Positions 51,601-63,237 of a stretch of DNA of 64,000 nt are shown in pieces. A model generated the notes under the pieces. That model worked only from the letters and a program-made list of their open reading frames with translations. It was not told the DNA's origin and ran no database searches. How positions within the stretch are numbered: position 1 is the first letter of the stretch; each line of letters starts with the position of its first letter. The DNA is from Xylographa opegraphella (Eukaryota). Position numbers and translations under genes: made by a program. The DNA lies in NCBI GenBank assembly GCA_022813865.1, contig JALDZX010000001.1:496001-560000 (forward strand), written 5' to 3'.

Positions 51601-52275
51601 AATGTGGTCTACCGAGTTAATCCACTGCTCGTTAAGCTTGGCCGCGGTTATCACTATCTCAGGCGTTAATGGCTGGCCCTTTTCGGATCGAACCTGATGA
51701 ACGGCCAGACTTTGTGGTACAGTAGGCAATGCCGCCGGTCCCTTTTCGGAGTCCATAAGATTTGACGAAGGTATAGAAATACCAATAAGCAGAGTTGCAT
51801 CTGACGGTGATAATTCCGAAACTCTACTATCTGCACGACGAAGACTACCGATGGGTCCCTTCATCCCATCACGATTCTTAACCTTTTTGCTCATATTTCT
51901 ACGAACTTGCAACGATTCCTGATCGCAATGATTTATGCCATTAGTTCGGGCAGTCATATGATGGACCGGAGAAGAGGATGCGAAGTTAGTGATTAGATTC
52001 AACTCTGGGACTTTCGATCGACTCGCTTGGTCAAATTTGCTAGCAGCCTCTTCTGTGTCGGCCTTTGTCTCTAGGGTTGTGTTGATCTGCCATCTTCGAC
52101 CCCGACCTGAATCAGATTCTATCGGTTGATCTGATCTTCCGCGAGGCGATGCCTTATATAATCTTTCCGAAGTCCCAAAGGTGGGTGTAACAGGGGACAC
52201 TATCGAGTCGATGGAAGGGGAACTGAATGGCATACGTGGAAGTTTTCGTAAAGGTGGACGGGTTTCTGCAGGCAT
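48622..52275 (-). CDS. Single-pass (type II) membrane protein with long disordered N-terminus and Cys-containing C-terminal ectodomain
   Basis: Intronless ORF of ~1217 aa. Basic patch 'KKEKRKRR' precedes a TM helix. 'WLNLTGYPPIPTG', 'CVQPSTMWSCALPKEQQ', 'GGIDGGTGGCSCQWRNW'. Confidence 0.8.
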   Translation of the reverse strand: MPAETRPPLRKLPRMPFSSPSIDSIVSPVTPTFGTSERLYKASPRGRSDQPIESDSGRGRRWQINTTLETKADTEEAASKFDQASRSKVPELNLITNFASSSPVHHMTARTNGINHCDQESLQVRRNMSKKVKNRDGMKGPIGSLRRADSRVSELSPSDATLLIGISIPSSNLMDSEKGPAALPTVPQSLAVHQVRSEKGQPLTPEIVITAAKLNEQWINSVDHIESRTRPKAASSVYSQAVQSTYQNPKASSIPALSPMSQLMSQSSMKIAHRTSKKQRTADLQSRIQSWCTVIDEDCSPESPMIHRPCSGESQLIMLKRSSAESIATRHRSKGWWNQILSPFLERSNTVATKSSPTDGEKAKMPKSPTNYHGSHSPDATELEEDSPRSVASSTWTDMTRYECGWPKIGITSNPRALASNGDAYNPQSRKLVISPEFENVAGFGSASEYYEACWHDQNSPTRFFKCQNHDCSFQVSQESRLVEEETAYQGPGHIPQKAIDSSSSDRQVGEDRLPFSQNAANRFSAAFGEVQESQNRPISETTVIEEDLDTTPEVQEAHAAPVVRAQRPVQANRPAPEGPPSGNPFSEPLEHNSVISKQLPEETTLGSRQVINEYSTQAVGTSKAPSKPMLAAAEVEELNSPEAVTPGLERAMATSEAVRLKRISRDVPNEPYMPLASTYNINQYYGAPRQEATRQVDGNSNFYPPPPKKPWSRAEERRWVKATKEERTGSVVVQTNRSKHLDARPQMPEIYDKGNGTNESKKEKRKRRCLFLLIFLGLLAMIILALGLAIGLTRQHSDMPVQSSWLNLTGYPPIPTGISTIAQPDTVVKTNGCVQPSTMWSCALPKEQQASIAPNAPDQPNFRVEIRFDNSSSSANSTVSTKKVRWSEKRSGNTVVAGFSFRRHLIRIRDTFTDGLFVPNPSSPSEEDQIFLGNNTDNITTPFDGEFTPFFMSFLPITPVPNKLRKRQSNSSNTPNPFPNITQAIPPPELNPDGTAAAANLLPFPVSQPLRLYNRGLPTEHYGFYTYFNRAIFLKSTDLVNSSTPESGPIPDDGNGGSEEDAATVRCTWAQTRFLVQIWTNQQSTSILLPSSNASSPTTSSTSSAAPSPSGNATSSSANDFSCPGSFPYAVSITLDRHGGDINSKMLYCYGMDNSEHILTEEKKFVLEDRGFGGTLVNPAQGVFGNVNVTFAQGGPGGIDGGTGGCSCQWRNWEPV

Positions 52276-53102
52276 TTTGAGTAGAATAGTATTCAACAGT
52301 TGTGGACAGGGCTACTTGTATGATCTAGTTAGCATAAATACAGTTGAATAGGAATGATATGGGATGTTGCCTTCGAAAATGATAGACACGGCGATTCAGA
52401 CTCGTTTTGCATATGTGGGTACTTGGTAGAAAGAGTATGGTCTAGAAAATGTTATGGTGATGGTTGGGGAAGGTTCCATGCATTGGACGCGTGATGAGGA
52501 ACAATAGTGCAAACCAGCACTATATATCAGTACTGACAATAACGAGAGCATTGAGAAAAAAGTTTCTGATAAACTAAGTATTGCATTATTGGTGGAGTTT
52601 GCAAGCTCAGAGGTCCAACTGAGCAGAAAAATAGGAAAACCGAGATAGAGGAAACTCATTGAACATGTCACTATTCGAAGAAGAAACATGTCTCAAAAAT
52701 AGAGTCAGGGCCGTTGTGGGCACGAGATGAGGCTCGTAAAATTCCTGTTTAACCATGACGCCGGCGGTCATGGAGGTCGGCGCCTAAAGCTATCAAAAGT
52801 GTCTCCAAGCGCCGTCATTGGATCCAGCAATTCCTAATGACAGGCAAAGGTAATTTAATTTGCAGCAGCTTTTCTAGCGAGCCTGGAGAGGAAGACCCAC
52901 AAGCGCCTGAAGAAGTATTCATTGGTTGTTGTTTTAGACAGAGGTTGAGGTCGGCCAAGTCGGTAAATCGCGTTCTCGACCAATGGAGGAGCGTTGTCAT
53001 GTGATCTTGAAACACGCTTGTGAGCTTTCAGAGATATCTTGTTACTAAATATATCTCCACTGTTTGGTACGCATCAATACCGTAAGTTGTCCCAAGACAA
53101 TA

Positions 53103-53878
53103 ATGATCTGCCAGCGTTGCCTTTACCGTCTGCAGGTCTCACGTATCTCTGCTACGCGATTTGCCTCTACGACTGCGACCATAGCCAAGCCCTCGACATC
53201 CTCAGCACCTGGAGCATCTCCGCGCAGAAGCCATGAAGGAGCACCCTCCACCTCCGCCGCAGAACCATTCTCTGCACCGCTAAGCTCTGCAAGATCTACA
53301 CTTTCGTCATCAGCGCCATCTGAGCTTGAGACAATCGTTAGTTCTGTCCCCGCCGGTGCGCCATTGAAAGGATTGGGCTACTTGAAGGGTAAAGATCCGC
53401 CACTTGCAAAAGAGGTACATGAATATCCCAGTTGGCTATGGGGGCTTTTGAACGAAGGCAAGGAAGGGAAAAATGAGGCTGGGGATGATCTTGGAGATTC
53501 CTACTGTAAGTCGTTACCTAGGTCGAACCGCTCGATGCAGTGCGAAACACCCAGTTTCAACAATGCCCTATGTCTCAGCCCGAATTCTCATGAGTATGCA
53601 ACCAGAGAAAAATTTTGCTGACAATGCTATTTGAAGCTAAATCCAAGAAGGAGCGGCGGAAAGCCGCAAGGGCTGCCCTGAAAGCAGCAAGCGCTAATCC
53701 CGAGTCTCTTGTTCGTAAAGTTCCAATAGAACACCAAAGTATTGATCTCCCCGCTGGGGATGGTACAATCGCTGGAGCATTAGAGGCTGTCCAGGCTAGG
53801 GAGGAGCTACGAGACGCAATGCGAATAGGTCGAAGGAAGAAGATCAAAGAAGGGAATTTCCTGAAGGCGATGCGTTAA
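53103..53878 (+). CDS. MRPL37: Mitochondrial ribosomal protein mL54 (MRPL37)
   Basis: 'MICQRC' presequence, 'SSVPAGAPLKGLGYLKGKDPPLAKEVHEYPSWLWGLL', intron 53506-53636, 'RRKKIKEGNFLKAM'. Confidence 0.88.
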
Positions 53879-54192
53879 AAAAGCCTCTGATCTGGATTTT
53901 GTACTGTGACGGACATTGGCTCTTCACTTTAGTACATATGCGATGTCAAAGTCATCCAGGAGAACATCGGTATACCTCCAAAACTAATTGCAATTCCTTG
54001 TATGCTTTCGGACCTAAGATATCGTACCTTTGTACACGTTCAGTCATAGAGAGGAGATCTATTCATGTCCATAAGACCATCGTACCAACGCCAATGTAGA
54101 ATGCTCCCTGACCATAACCTCCGATACCTTTCAATGCCGCAGAAATGCTTTTCTCGTAAATGATGTGGAGTACTTTGTAAAAGTCATATTCC

Positions 54193-54601
54193 TCAATTTA
54201 TGTCGAATCCAAAGCCTTTCATACAACTTCTGTATTTCTGAACCATACCCTGACACTCCTCTTGGGGATTGCTTCCATTAGAGAAGAGCATGCATTCGTC
54301 TCGAGCGGCTTTCTCGTCTTTGCAGACGCAGCATGGCTGTTGGGGCGGATTATTAGCAGGGGTTCAAATCAAAAGATGAACAGTTTGCAGAGTGGCGTTT
54401 CTTAGCAACACAGTAATGAATCCTCCGGATGAATAAGATTGCACACCTTGACTTTAGCGGACGCCGAACCTGTAGGCTTGAGGTCGGAGGCAAGGTTGGC
54501 AATAGTTGGTGATGCTATGAAAGATTAATGAGAATGGACCTCGGTACTGGAGGAACATATTGCTGACCTGTAGGAATGGTATTGAGTGCTTGAGTTGACA
54601 T
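54193..54601 (-). CDS. COX17: Cytochrome c oxidase copper chaperone Cox17
   Basis: Exons 54601-54568, 54514-54447 and 54336-54193 give 81 aa '...KVKPCCVCKDEKAARDECMLFS...CQGMVQKYRSCMKGFGF' (CC plus twin CX9C). Not in the ORF track. Confidence 0.95.
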
Positions 54602-57206
54602 AATGCAGTCAACTTTCAGGGATGTAAGTAAGGCAATTATTTGTGTGTAGAGAAAATCGATGTCCAAGATGAAGCTCAACGCCGCTGCTGAAGTAATTCA
54701 CGTCAGTCCTTCGGAGTATGGGAGAATACTGTTCTAGGACCTATTGGTCAGCCTACCATTTCGGCAGGTTCCGCGTTGCCTCACTCTCGTCGAGGTGATG
54801 CACTAAGCCTCTACAGGTTAGGTAGTATTCCTACTCCGTACGGCCCTCCGTACCATACCGCTTACTACTCTAATACTAGTAAGTTATGTGCTTGCTTGAG
54901 GAACTTGAGGTAATAATTCACCACAGCCACTTTCTACCGTCCCTATGTTGCCAGTAAGTGCAAGCTTTCCTGTCAGATTGATGATCCGTAATTCTCAGTA
55001 TCTAGTGTTTACCTCGTACTAAGTCTATCCTTTCAATGTCATATTAGTTGCTGGTTCAGGCCCACTATTTTGTCTTTCGAGAGAGACAACTTTCAAGCGA
55101 GTTTGGGGATCTTGCTTGGTTCTTATAGAGGATACAATTCTCTTTTGTAATCCTAAGGGTGTTGTGATGAAATCAGGTGATTTTCTTCCAGGCCGATAAA
55201 TAAGGCTTGTATTCAGCCTTGATCAGGTCAATCACAGAATCTAGGTGGATGTCCATGTGGACACCAGCTCACAAACTCACGGCTGGGCTTGATAAATATC
55301 GTCCGGGCTTACACCTGTGTTGACGCAACCTCCTCTGCGGTTAAGCTGATGTACCATCTTTATTGCATTCATACTGCCTGAACGAGTTGTATTACAGGCA
55401 CAATACGATGTTCAGCAGAGTACCAAGTATGATATATGCTGGATATCGTCTGTAGTAGCACGAGTCTTCAAAGACTGGAATCGGGAACTAGAAAACACGA
55501 CTTTGGGATCAGCCGAGAAGACTTCACGTTTAGAGATTTTGGAACTTTACCTCGGCTACAAGAACTGATGTTTAGTTACCGAAGCAAACAGAATCCATCG
55601 GGCCTCTAAAGAGTGGCTCAGCGCTAGGAAACCATTGAGCACATTATGTTACTTTATGTTTAACTCTTTGGTTTTCTGCTGTATCATTTTCGAATATCGA
55701 TGAGGAAAAGCTTCGTGCACTGTTCCACTAAGAGGTATAGGTTTAGTCTTGACAGATACTGCTCGGAGTAAAGCGATCTCGCCACATATGAACAGGAGTC
55801 ATGTCCTTAGTATGTGTATGCATTGGTCATTCGCCACAAGGAAATACTCAAAACAATACTGCGCAGAACTATCACCAAGATATGAGAACTATAATTAAAG
55901 CCCGAAACATATTACCCGTTCATATGGCTGTAAGCATGTACCCATATCTGCAATACTATGTCTTTCTTAGTGTCACTCAATTGCGCTGTCCAACCATCTG
56001 TCACACGACTTCCAAGACAGGTAGATCTCATAATCATAGGGCTCGCGATATCTCTCGCTTCCAGAATGTCATCGAGATGGGGAAATTTGCAGTGCCACTC
56101 AGGGCAGCGCACGGGAAGGACAGGTAGCTCTGATCTACCAGAAGAGGGGGGATTTGTTAGTGGGAAATCTGGATCATCCGACGGGAAACTATCATCAGCC
56201 AGTTCCAGTTTACGATGGCCAACGCTAGCTGTTGCCGCTTCAACTAGGTAGATTTGGACACAAAACGGCCTTCACAGAGGCTGGGGGTGCAAGAGTGTCT
56301 AGGGGGTAGCACATATTAAACCATTGATTATCAAACAGCCTAGCTATAATGGCTACCATCGAGTCCGATCAATAGCATGTGTCTTGTATGTTAGACGTAA
56401 GCGTAAGCAACGCTCAGGCACTTGGCCATGATCGTGACATGGACTCAGCGGTTGAAGAAGGGGTATACCTCCCGCGTCTCCTATCTAGGACGCTGGACAC
56501 AGTGGAAGACGAATTGTACACCTTCGGCTGCTGTCAAATCCCTTTCGCCCCATACATCAGATTAATTCGCTCAAAATCTCCGTGCCGAGGTACAGGCAAT
56601 TCATCTAAGCACCAGAAATCAACCAAAGACTTCCAGCGCGTACAGTAATGAGTGTGACGAACATTAGTGCAGCTCAGGTCGAATGCTCCGGTCCTCAATG
56701 TAAGCCTGCGATGCTTTTGGCAGACATATGAACCACTGTAGACATCATAAGGCTGTGAGGAAGCTGGATCTCAGTCGTGGCGATACCTTGTAACTGGCAG
56801 GAAAGAAGAAGCAGATCTTTTAACCCGTCATAGCATAGGTGCACAGAAGGCAAAAATTGGGATAGTTGTGCAATCGAATGCTTTGATGAACGTCTATGAT
56901 TCCATTAAGCAACCTGACTTGGCGAAGCTTTGGGATAACATGAATAGCTGGCTACAGAGATATTGATCGGTGGAAGTGGGCAATGCATGCTGGTTCGAGG
57001 ACTTGGGTAACGTAGGTACTTTATCGACCTCATTGGAACCGTGGTTTGGATGCACTGACCTTGCGTGGTTCGGAAGTATAGAAGTACATATGCAAGCGCA
57101 TGAGGTAATCAATAAGCGCAAAGTAAATTATAAGATAGTCTTTGAAGCCCAAGGCTTTCTAAAACATTCACGACTTTATCAGGTCCTCATGTCTCTCGGC
57201 CAGATT

Positions 57207-58802
57207 TCAGTCATCCCGACCTTCTCCAATAGCAGCCAACTTCAGCTCGAGATCACCTTTAAGACTCTGGATCTTGCCAAGTATCTTTTTCTTGAGTATG
57301 ATGTTCGGTTGTCTCTCATACTCAGCAGTCTGACTCTTGATGGCTGCTTCCAAATCCGCGATTTCTTCCCTCTGGCGCTGTAGGTCTGCTTGCTGCTCAA
57401 GAACATCTTCATCAATCTCTTCCTCGGCGTCAGCATCCTCGTCAGATTCATCGTCACCGCTATCGTCTTTGGATGGAGTGTTCGCCGCTGGCGTTCCCGC
57501 TTCTGAATCGGTTTGCTGCACGGTATCCAATCCGATCGCGTTACCGCTTCCTGCCGGAGTGGCAGCCGAAGTTGTATCATCTGCATCACTTGCCATCATG
57601 GCTAACTCCAAGTCTGCCGCTAAGCCATCATCGTCCATCTCCTCTTGATCCGCCTCTTGATCAAAGTATCCTCCAGCGTCATCAACTTCGCCTATAGCAT
57701 CCTGCTCATTATACACGCCCCCGGCACCCATATCATCTGCACTTTCTTCCCTTCCACTACGAGTTTTGCTGAGACGATCCAAGTCAATGTTCTCGTACTT
57801 GCTCTCACCAATACACTCCTCATCTAGCCTCAGTAGGCGCTCCACTTCGTCTTCCACTGCCTCAATAGTTCGATTGCTCACGCGCTTACGAAATCTCCTT
57901 CTCCGGACCCATCGCATTGGCGGTGTCAACCCATGCGCATACTGCCATGTTGTCTTGTCTAATTCACGCCCCGGTAAGGTATAATTCAACGCCTCACTTT
58001 CCGTCTTAACAGTACCCAAGACAAGTAACATTTGACATATGTCTGCTGTTTTCCACCAACCTCTCTTGTCCCAGCTCTTCATCCCCTCAATCACGCAAGG
58101 TAAATCGACTAATGCTGCAGCGTAAATTTGACCACGGATTGTGATTACCGCCCTCCGGCCATTATGTTGAAGAAATTTCAACCTCACGTCTGCCCCGCCT
58201 TGTGATTTTGGTCCCCACCTCTTATCTTCTATTGCTTTCCGTAGGTATTCGCAGTCATCTCCGGGCAGCATTCTCAGAATGAATTCTTCCTCGATAGCGG
58301 GATCCTCCTCCAGATCTGAGGCTTCACTATCGTAGCCAACACCCAGAGGCCGTTTTGGTGGCTTGCCCTTTGGCTTCAAACGAATGAATGGGGTTGTAGG
58401 TGTTTTCGTGGCTGGAGTCTTCGTAATGAGCTTGATCCTCTTACTGCTCGAACCTGTAAGTGGCGCAGGACTGCTGAATGGCAGCGCGTCAGTCGCTTCT
58501 TCTTCTTCAAGGTTTGCGCTTGCATGACCACGCTTTTTGCCGGTTGAAAGACGCGGTGGCTTTTCCTTCTTCACCTTTTTGAGTGAGGATTTCAGCTCTT
58601 TCTTGTCGAGGACGGGTGAGCTGGCCGCGGCTATAGATGCTGTAGGATCTGTAGAGGTGATCGCCGAAGAGCCGAATCTAATTTTGAGCTTGGGCATACC
58701 GGAAGCACTTGAAGGTGTTGCGAGTGGATGTGGACTGGAGGACGATCCCGAGGCATTTCCCGAGGTCGTGAGCTTGAGCTTGAGTGGTGGTCGTTGAGTC
58801 AT
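57207..58802 (-). CDS. TAF7: TFIID subunit Taf7
   Basis: TAFII55_N domain: 'IEEEFILRM', 'YAAALVDLPCVIEGMKSWD...KTADICQMLLV', 'HGLTPPMRWVRRRRFRKR'. Acidic region and C-terminal coiled coil. Confidence 0.93.
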   Translation of the reverse strand: MTQRPPLKLKLTTSGNASGSSSSPHPLATPSSASGMPKLKIRFGSSAITSTDPTASIAAASSPVLDKKELKSSLKKVKKEKPPRLSTGKKRGHASANLEEEEATDALPFSSPAPLTGSSSKRIKLITKTPATKTPTTPFIRLKPKGKPPKRPLGVGYDSEASDLEEDPAIEEEFILRMLPGDDCEYLRKAIEDKRWGPKSQGGADVRLKFLQHNGRRAVITIRGQIYAAALVDLPCVIEGMKSWDKRGWWKTADICQMLLVLGTVKTESEALNYTLPGRELDKTTWQYAHGLTPPMRWVRRRRFRKRVSNRTIEAVEDEVERLLRLDEECIGESKYENIDLDRLSKTRSGREESADDMGAGGVYNEQDAIGEVDDAGGYFDQEADQEEMDDDGLAADLELAMMASDADDTTSAATPAGSGNAIGLDTVQQTDSEAGTPAANTPSKDDSGDDESDEDADAEEEIDEDVLEQQADLQRQREEIADLEAAIKSQTAEYERQPNIILKKKILGKIQSLKGDLELKLAAIGEGRDD

Positions 58803-59044
58803 ATTCGCTATTTTGTAGGTCGTCCCTGCCTATTGCCGTATCACAAGTGCAGGTGATCATGTCTCTTATTTCGAGAGCTTGCTATTTGAGTCGTAGTTGA
58901 AGACCAAAACCATAAAGGTCAAGAGTGCAGGCTCGATATGGTAAGGTGGGCTTATGTGCTACGAAGCTAGTCTATTTTAGGACTAGTCCTACCTTACTCA
59001 CCGGAGCTGCTAGAACATGCACCGAGGCAAGAGGCATCTTTCAA

Positions 59045-59084
59045 CCTACCTTAGGTACCTTAAGGTAGGGTACCTTAGGGTTAG
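59045..59084. repeat. Near-perfect palindrome / TACCTTAGG repeats ending in telomere-type TTAGGGTTAG
   Basis: cctacctta (59045-59053) is the reverse complement of taaggtagg (59061-59069), around ggtacc. TTAGGGTTAG at 59075-59084. Confidence 0.7.
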
Positions 59085-61018
59085 TGAAACACTAATATTC
59101 CTAGGCGATATGGCTTGGTGCTCGTTCGTGTGCCGGCTCATACGACTAGTATGGTAAGCGAGTTACTGAATGCGACTGCAGAGATGAGCGAGCTGCTATG
59201 CCGGATAGTCACCAAGCCCAAGTCAATAACCGGTTCAGCTTGGTTTTAGTTGTTGGGTCTACTGAAAGCCATTTCGTTGCCTCGACTCTCACACCTATAG
59301 AGGGAGCACTCCTTGAGACGAATCAGCTGCCGATCTGCTCCAGCACCGTGGGCGAAAGGCAGTCAGAGCTTGGTCTGAACAGGCCTGTCGACTAAATACG
59401 GCAATCCGAGAGTATGTTTGATTGTCAAGTTTCAGTCGCTCAAGCCCGCGCTATCGGAGGAATCACCACAGCATACAAATGCCAAGTATCTGATTCCTCT
59501 GGTAAATTCGGCCTGAGTTTGAGCACTTATGTAAAGCTTATCCCACTACGGATCCTATGTTATCTGACCAGCTAACTACTTCTGCCGGTTCCTCGTCTAT
59601 TACTTTCTTGTAATCCCTACCAAGTACCGTTCTCGCCTCGATCTCACTGGTTTTGTATCTCTATAGCTGCTTCAAATGAATTTCTTTCAAATATTCCTAT
59701 GTTTCTTCTCGTGAATGCTTGTTTCCGCTGCTTTCCCATCTTCCAGGATTCATGTGCTATCCAGTGAGTGGACTGCGGCAAGAATATCCCTCTTTATTTC
59801 AGTCTCGTTAGCGTTACTGTTGCTTCCACAAATAATACGTTTATGCTTTCAGTATGGCGAGATCATGGTTCCAATGGAGTATTCCAAGCCGATCTTCACC
59901 AACAACAATATTACTCTTGGTCCAGCATTATACCGGCCTGCAAACCCGAAAGGAACCATAGTCTAATATGTTGGATTAGGACGCGCTGGATTTTAATTTG
60001 TTATTAACTGATTCCTGCTGCAGTAATGGTGCTGGAGGCGATCGCTATGCAGGTTGTTGCATGAGAGGTGACGCGAGGCACAATAGATACTTTTGACGGG
60101 CTCTTGGACTACACGCTTTGATGAGTACGATTCATGTTCTATCTGTGGCGCTGCTCTATTTAATCTATTTAAGTGATGGACACACGCGGTACTTGAGATT
60201 CAAATCTCCTTAACTGTTCTGACATGGGTATTACCACTATTTTGAAGATCTTATAGCCGTTCCTATAGTTGTTGTTAGTGTTCCGAGATGTCCATATTCT
60301 ATAAATACTGGTAATCCCTTCGCCACCAGTCCCCGACATCAGAGTGCGCTTGAACCCAAAGCTAGTTCTGCTGCGTTCCTCGAAGACATTGAACAATGAA
60401 CTCAGTCTCCAGGAATCGTTCAATATATCAGTACTAGAGAAGTTGCTCACGATTACGAACAAATACACATAGCTCTGGGTTATGAGAAGGTCAAACACCA
60501 TGAATCTCCATAGTAAATGCTCATTTCGATCACTGCTGGGATACACCCTAACTGCTGTTTCTCTAAGCGGGCACTTATAGAGCAACTCAATATGAAGGAC
60601 TTTATCCTCAGCGGGTAAGGAACTTAATGCTTGATGACGTAGTTCTCCATGGACTCCATTCCGTCTTTTGTGATGCCTCCTGTGGTGCCTAGTGCATGCA
60701 TAGTCACAGCCAGTTTGCACACCGAATATTTTATCCTGCGGAGGTTGTTGTGGTCAGCTCGACCGTACCTCAGATATCAGTAGAGTCTTCGGATGCAAGA
60801 AGTACTTGCATCAGTTCGGATTCGCCCGAAGCCCGATCCTATACGGAGTATCGAAGAATTCGCCTGATCGGGTTAGGTCGGTTTTGGTTGTGAATTTACT
60901 ACCTGCCTTACGTATCTATCCTACACTTCTCCATGAGGCACCCCGCCATTTGCGGCTGCAACAGCAAAAATGGCTGACGGTAAATTGTTCATGGAGTCGA
61001 CTTATTGATGACTTGCCA

Positions 61019-61729
61019 ATGATGTCTCCCAACGCTCTACAGGACGCCCTCCTACGTCCTTCGATCCTGCATATTTTACGCGCAGCTGGGTTCAATGCCA
61101 CTCGGCCAGCAGCCCTCGATACGCTTGTTGACCTGGCTTCTCGTTATATCATTTTTCTGGCTAACCAGACTGCTAACCACGCCTTCGCCAATCACAATAA
61201 TGTTGTTCCTACAGTAATGGACGTCCGAATGGCGCTGCAGGACGTAAGCGCGTTGAGACCTGAGATTGGAATCATGGAAGAGCAGGCAAGGGATCAAGAG
61301 GACACTAGAGGTATGGATGCCTTCTTAAAATGGATGACAGGCGACGAGAGCCGGGAAATTAGGAGAATTGCAGGAATGGTGGGGTCAGAGGGCGATGTGG
61401 ATGTTGAGGTTGGCAATGAGAGGGAAGACTTCTTGACAGGTAATTCATCTGAATTACATTACAAATATAGGACTTGTACTGATGCTATTTTATATAAAGC
61501 ACTCAAGAAGAAACATAGCAAGACTGGTGAAGAATCAAGATTTCGAGGGACAGTCCTTGGCAAAGAGGCCGATGTCAAGCCGATTCGCCTAGAGGGAGGT
61601 CATACGGAGAGTATACAAGGATGGGAGGCACAATTAAAGGACCGGAAGCGGATTGTGAAATCCCAATCGAGCCGCAAATCAAGCTCTGCTCTCTTGAGTT
61701 CTGTTGGAAGCCCTTGGACGGATGCGTAG
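61019..61729 (+). CDS. TAF3: Bromodomain-associated (BTP) histone-fold protein, Taf3-like
   Basis: 'LLRPSILHILRAAGFNATRPAALDTLVDLASRYI...PTVMDVRMAL', 'EDFLT(A)LKKKH'. In-frame intron 61440-61499. Confidence 0.72.
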   Translation: MMSPNALQDALLRPSILHILRAAGFNATRPAALDTLVDLASRYIIFLANQTANHAFANHNNVVPTVMDVRMALQDVSALRPEIGIMEEQARDQEDTRGMDAFLKWMTGDESREIRRIAGMVGSEGDVDVEVGNEREDFLTGNSSELHYKYRTCTDAILYKALKKKHSKTGEESRFRGTVLGKEADVKPIRLEGGHTESIQGWEAQLKDRKRIVKSQSSRKSSSALLSSVGSPWTDA

Positions 61730-62107
61730 TCTTGTGCTAAACTTATTGTATGGGCCCGAAGTAAGTGTTAAGACAAACACTTATTATTTGGGAAGGGTCC
61801 GAAGAGCTAGCGTTGCTAGTGAAATGGGACCCTCTACCAGACGATACTAAACATAGTTCATGCATTACTTGCAAGACACATCCAGACCAAACACAATACT
61901 AAGCGATGCTTTATCATTGCAATCCTATTATATGACTTGTACATTCATCACTTACAGAGTATCGATCGGTCATAAGTTATGGAGGTTCACCACGGTCCTG
62001 ACGCCATGGGACCTGAGCAAAGTATATACCCAGCATTGCATACTCACCATTCTGTCTCGATCTGACTGTTGGAGCTAGGATACAATGGAGCTCTTGACTT
62101 GTCTGAC

Positions 62108-63237
62108 ATGGACGCGCCAACTGCGCGTCTCCTTCTGGAGTTTTACCTTGAAGATCTAGAGTTAATTGAAGCTCGTCAAAAGAGAAAGCAGAAGTTAGGC
62201 GAGAAAACGGATTCTGAGCTCGCAGTTGACCTTCTGAAGCAAGACATTGCAAAATTGCAATCTACGCTTTTAGATCGGCGTATTGCTCAGAGCTTCGCCG
62301 TAGCTGTCCATCGAGACGCTGAAGCAATCGGCCTGTTGGTTCAAGATGAGGAAACAGCGGCACGAGACCATATACTAGCTTGTGAGCTTGATCAAGAGCA
62401 GCAGAATAGGCAGCCTGGAATCAACACTGCCAAGTTCTACAACCCTCAGACAACCATTGCCAGAAAAGCGGCCGAACTTGAGCTCATGATGGAGAATCTG
62501 CGTGCATATAACAAGCCGGAAGTCTGTAGGCCTGAACCTTCTTCATCTTCAAACGGCGCTGTCGAACTTGCAAACTTTACTATACAGCAAGAGATATGTA
62601 TAATATGCGAGGAAGTGAAGCACTTGTTCGATATTCTACAAGCCCCATGCGGCCACCACTATTGCCGAGAGTGTATAAAAGAGGTCGTACAGGTCTCCAC
62701 GGAAGACGAATCATTGTACCCTCCAAAGTGTTGCCAGATAGAAATCCCTATATCTAGAGCTATGGATTTCATCGCAATCGAATTGGTCGAGCGCTTTCGT
62801 CATAAGGGCGAGGAGTTTTCTACACTCGATCGAACTTATTGTAGAAACCGCGAATGTTCTACCTTCATTCCTCATAGGAATATCAAGCATGGGGTAGCTT
62901 CATGTCCGTTATGCCAAAGAGAAACTTGTGCCATATGCAAAGACGGTGCTCATAAGAATGCCGATTGTCCTTTTGATCCAGATCAGCAGAGCATGGACGC
63001 ACTTGCTACGGAGAAGAGTTGGAAGAAGTGTCCTGTTTGCCAACGGCGTATTGAACTCTTCATGGGTTGTAACCACATTACGTTAGTAGTGAGAACCTCA
63101 TACTTTGTATGTCCGGCTAATATCAATGCAGCTGCCGTTGCCGTGCCGAGTTCTGCTACATCTGCTGTGCCAAATGGCGAACATGCCAGTGCCCCCATTG
63201 GAGCGAGAAGCTTTTGTTGGAAAGCCGTGGTCGATAG
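62108..63237 (+). CDS. RBR (RING1-IBR-RING2) E3 ubiquitin ligase
   Basis: RING1 'CIIC...PCGHHYCRECI...YPPKCC', IBR 'YCRNRECSTFI...CPLC..ETCAICK', RING2 'KKCPVC...GCNHIT|CRCRAEFCYIC' across intron 63082-63131. Confidence 0.92.

Noticed and set aside
52753..52773. Hairpin CCATGAC-gccggcg-GTCATGG in a divergent promoter
   Set aside because: 7-bp arms are expected by chance in 64 kb, and there is no other support.
53506..53636. Longer-than-usual MRPL37 intron as a snoRNA host
   Set aside because: No canonical C/D or H/ACA box arrangement is visible.
54700..57150. Short ORFs between COX17 and TAF7 (e.g. 'RCPEWHCKFPHLDDIL')
   Set aside because: No recognisable family or consistent exon structure. 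They could be decayed sequence but cannot be supported.
59075..59084. CTAACCCTAA on the minus strand as a telomerase RNA template
   Set aside because: A minus-strand transcript would run into the TAF7 CDS within 270 nt, and no pseudoknot elements were seen. A promoter telobox is more plausible.
59715..60720. ORFs 59715-59966 (+) and 60169-60720 (-) between TAF7 and TAF3
   Set aside because: No domain motifs or convincing coding composition.
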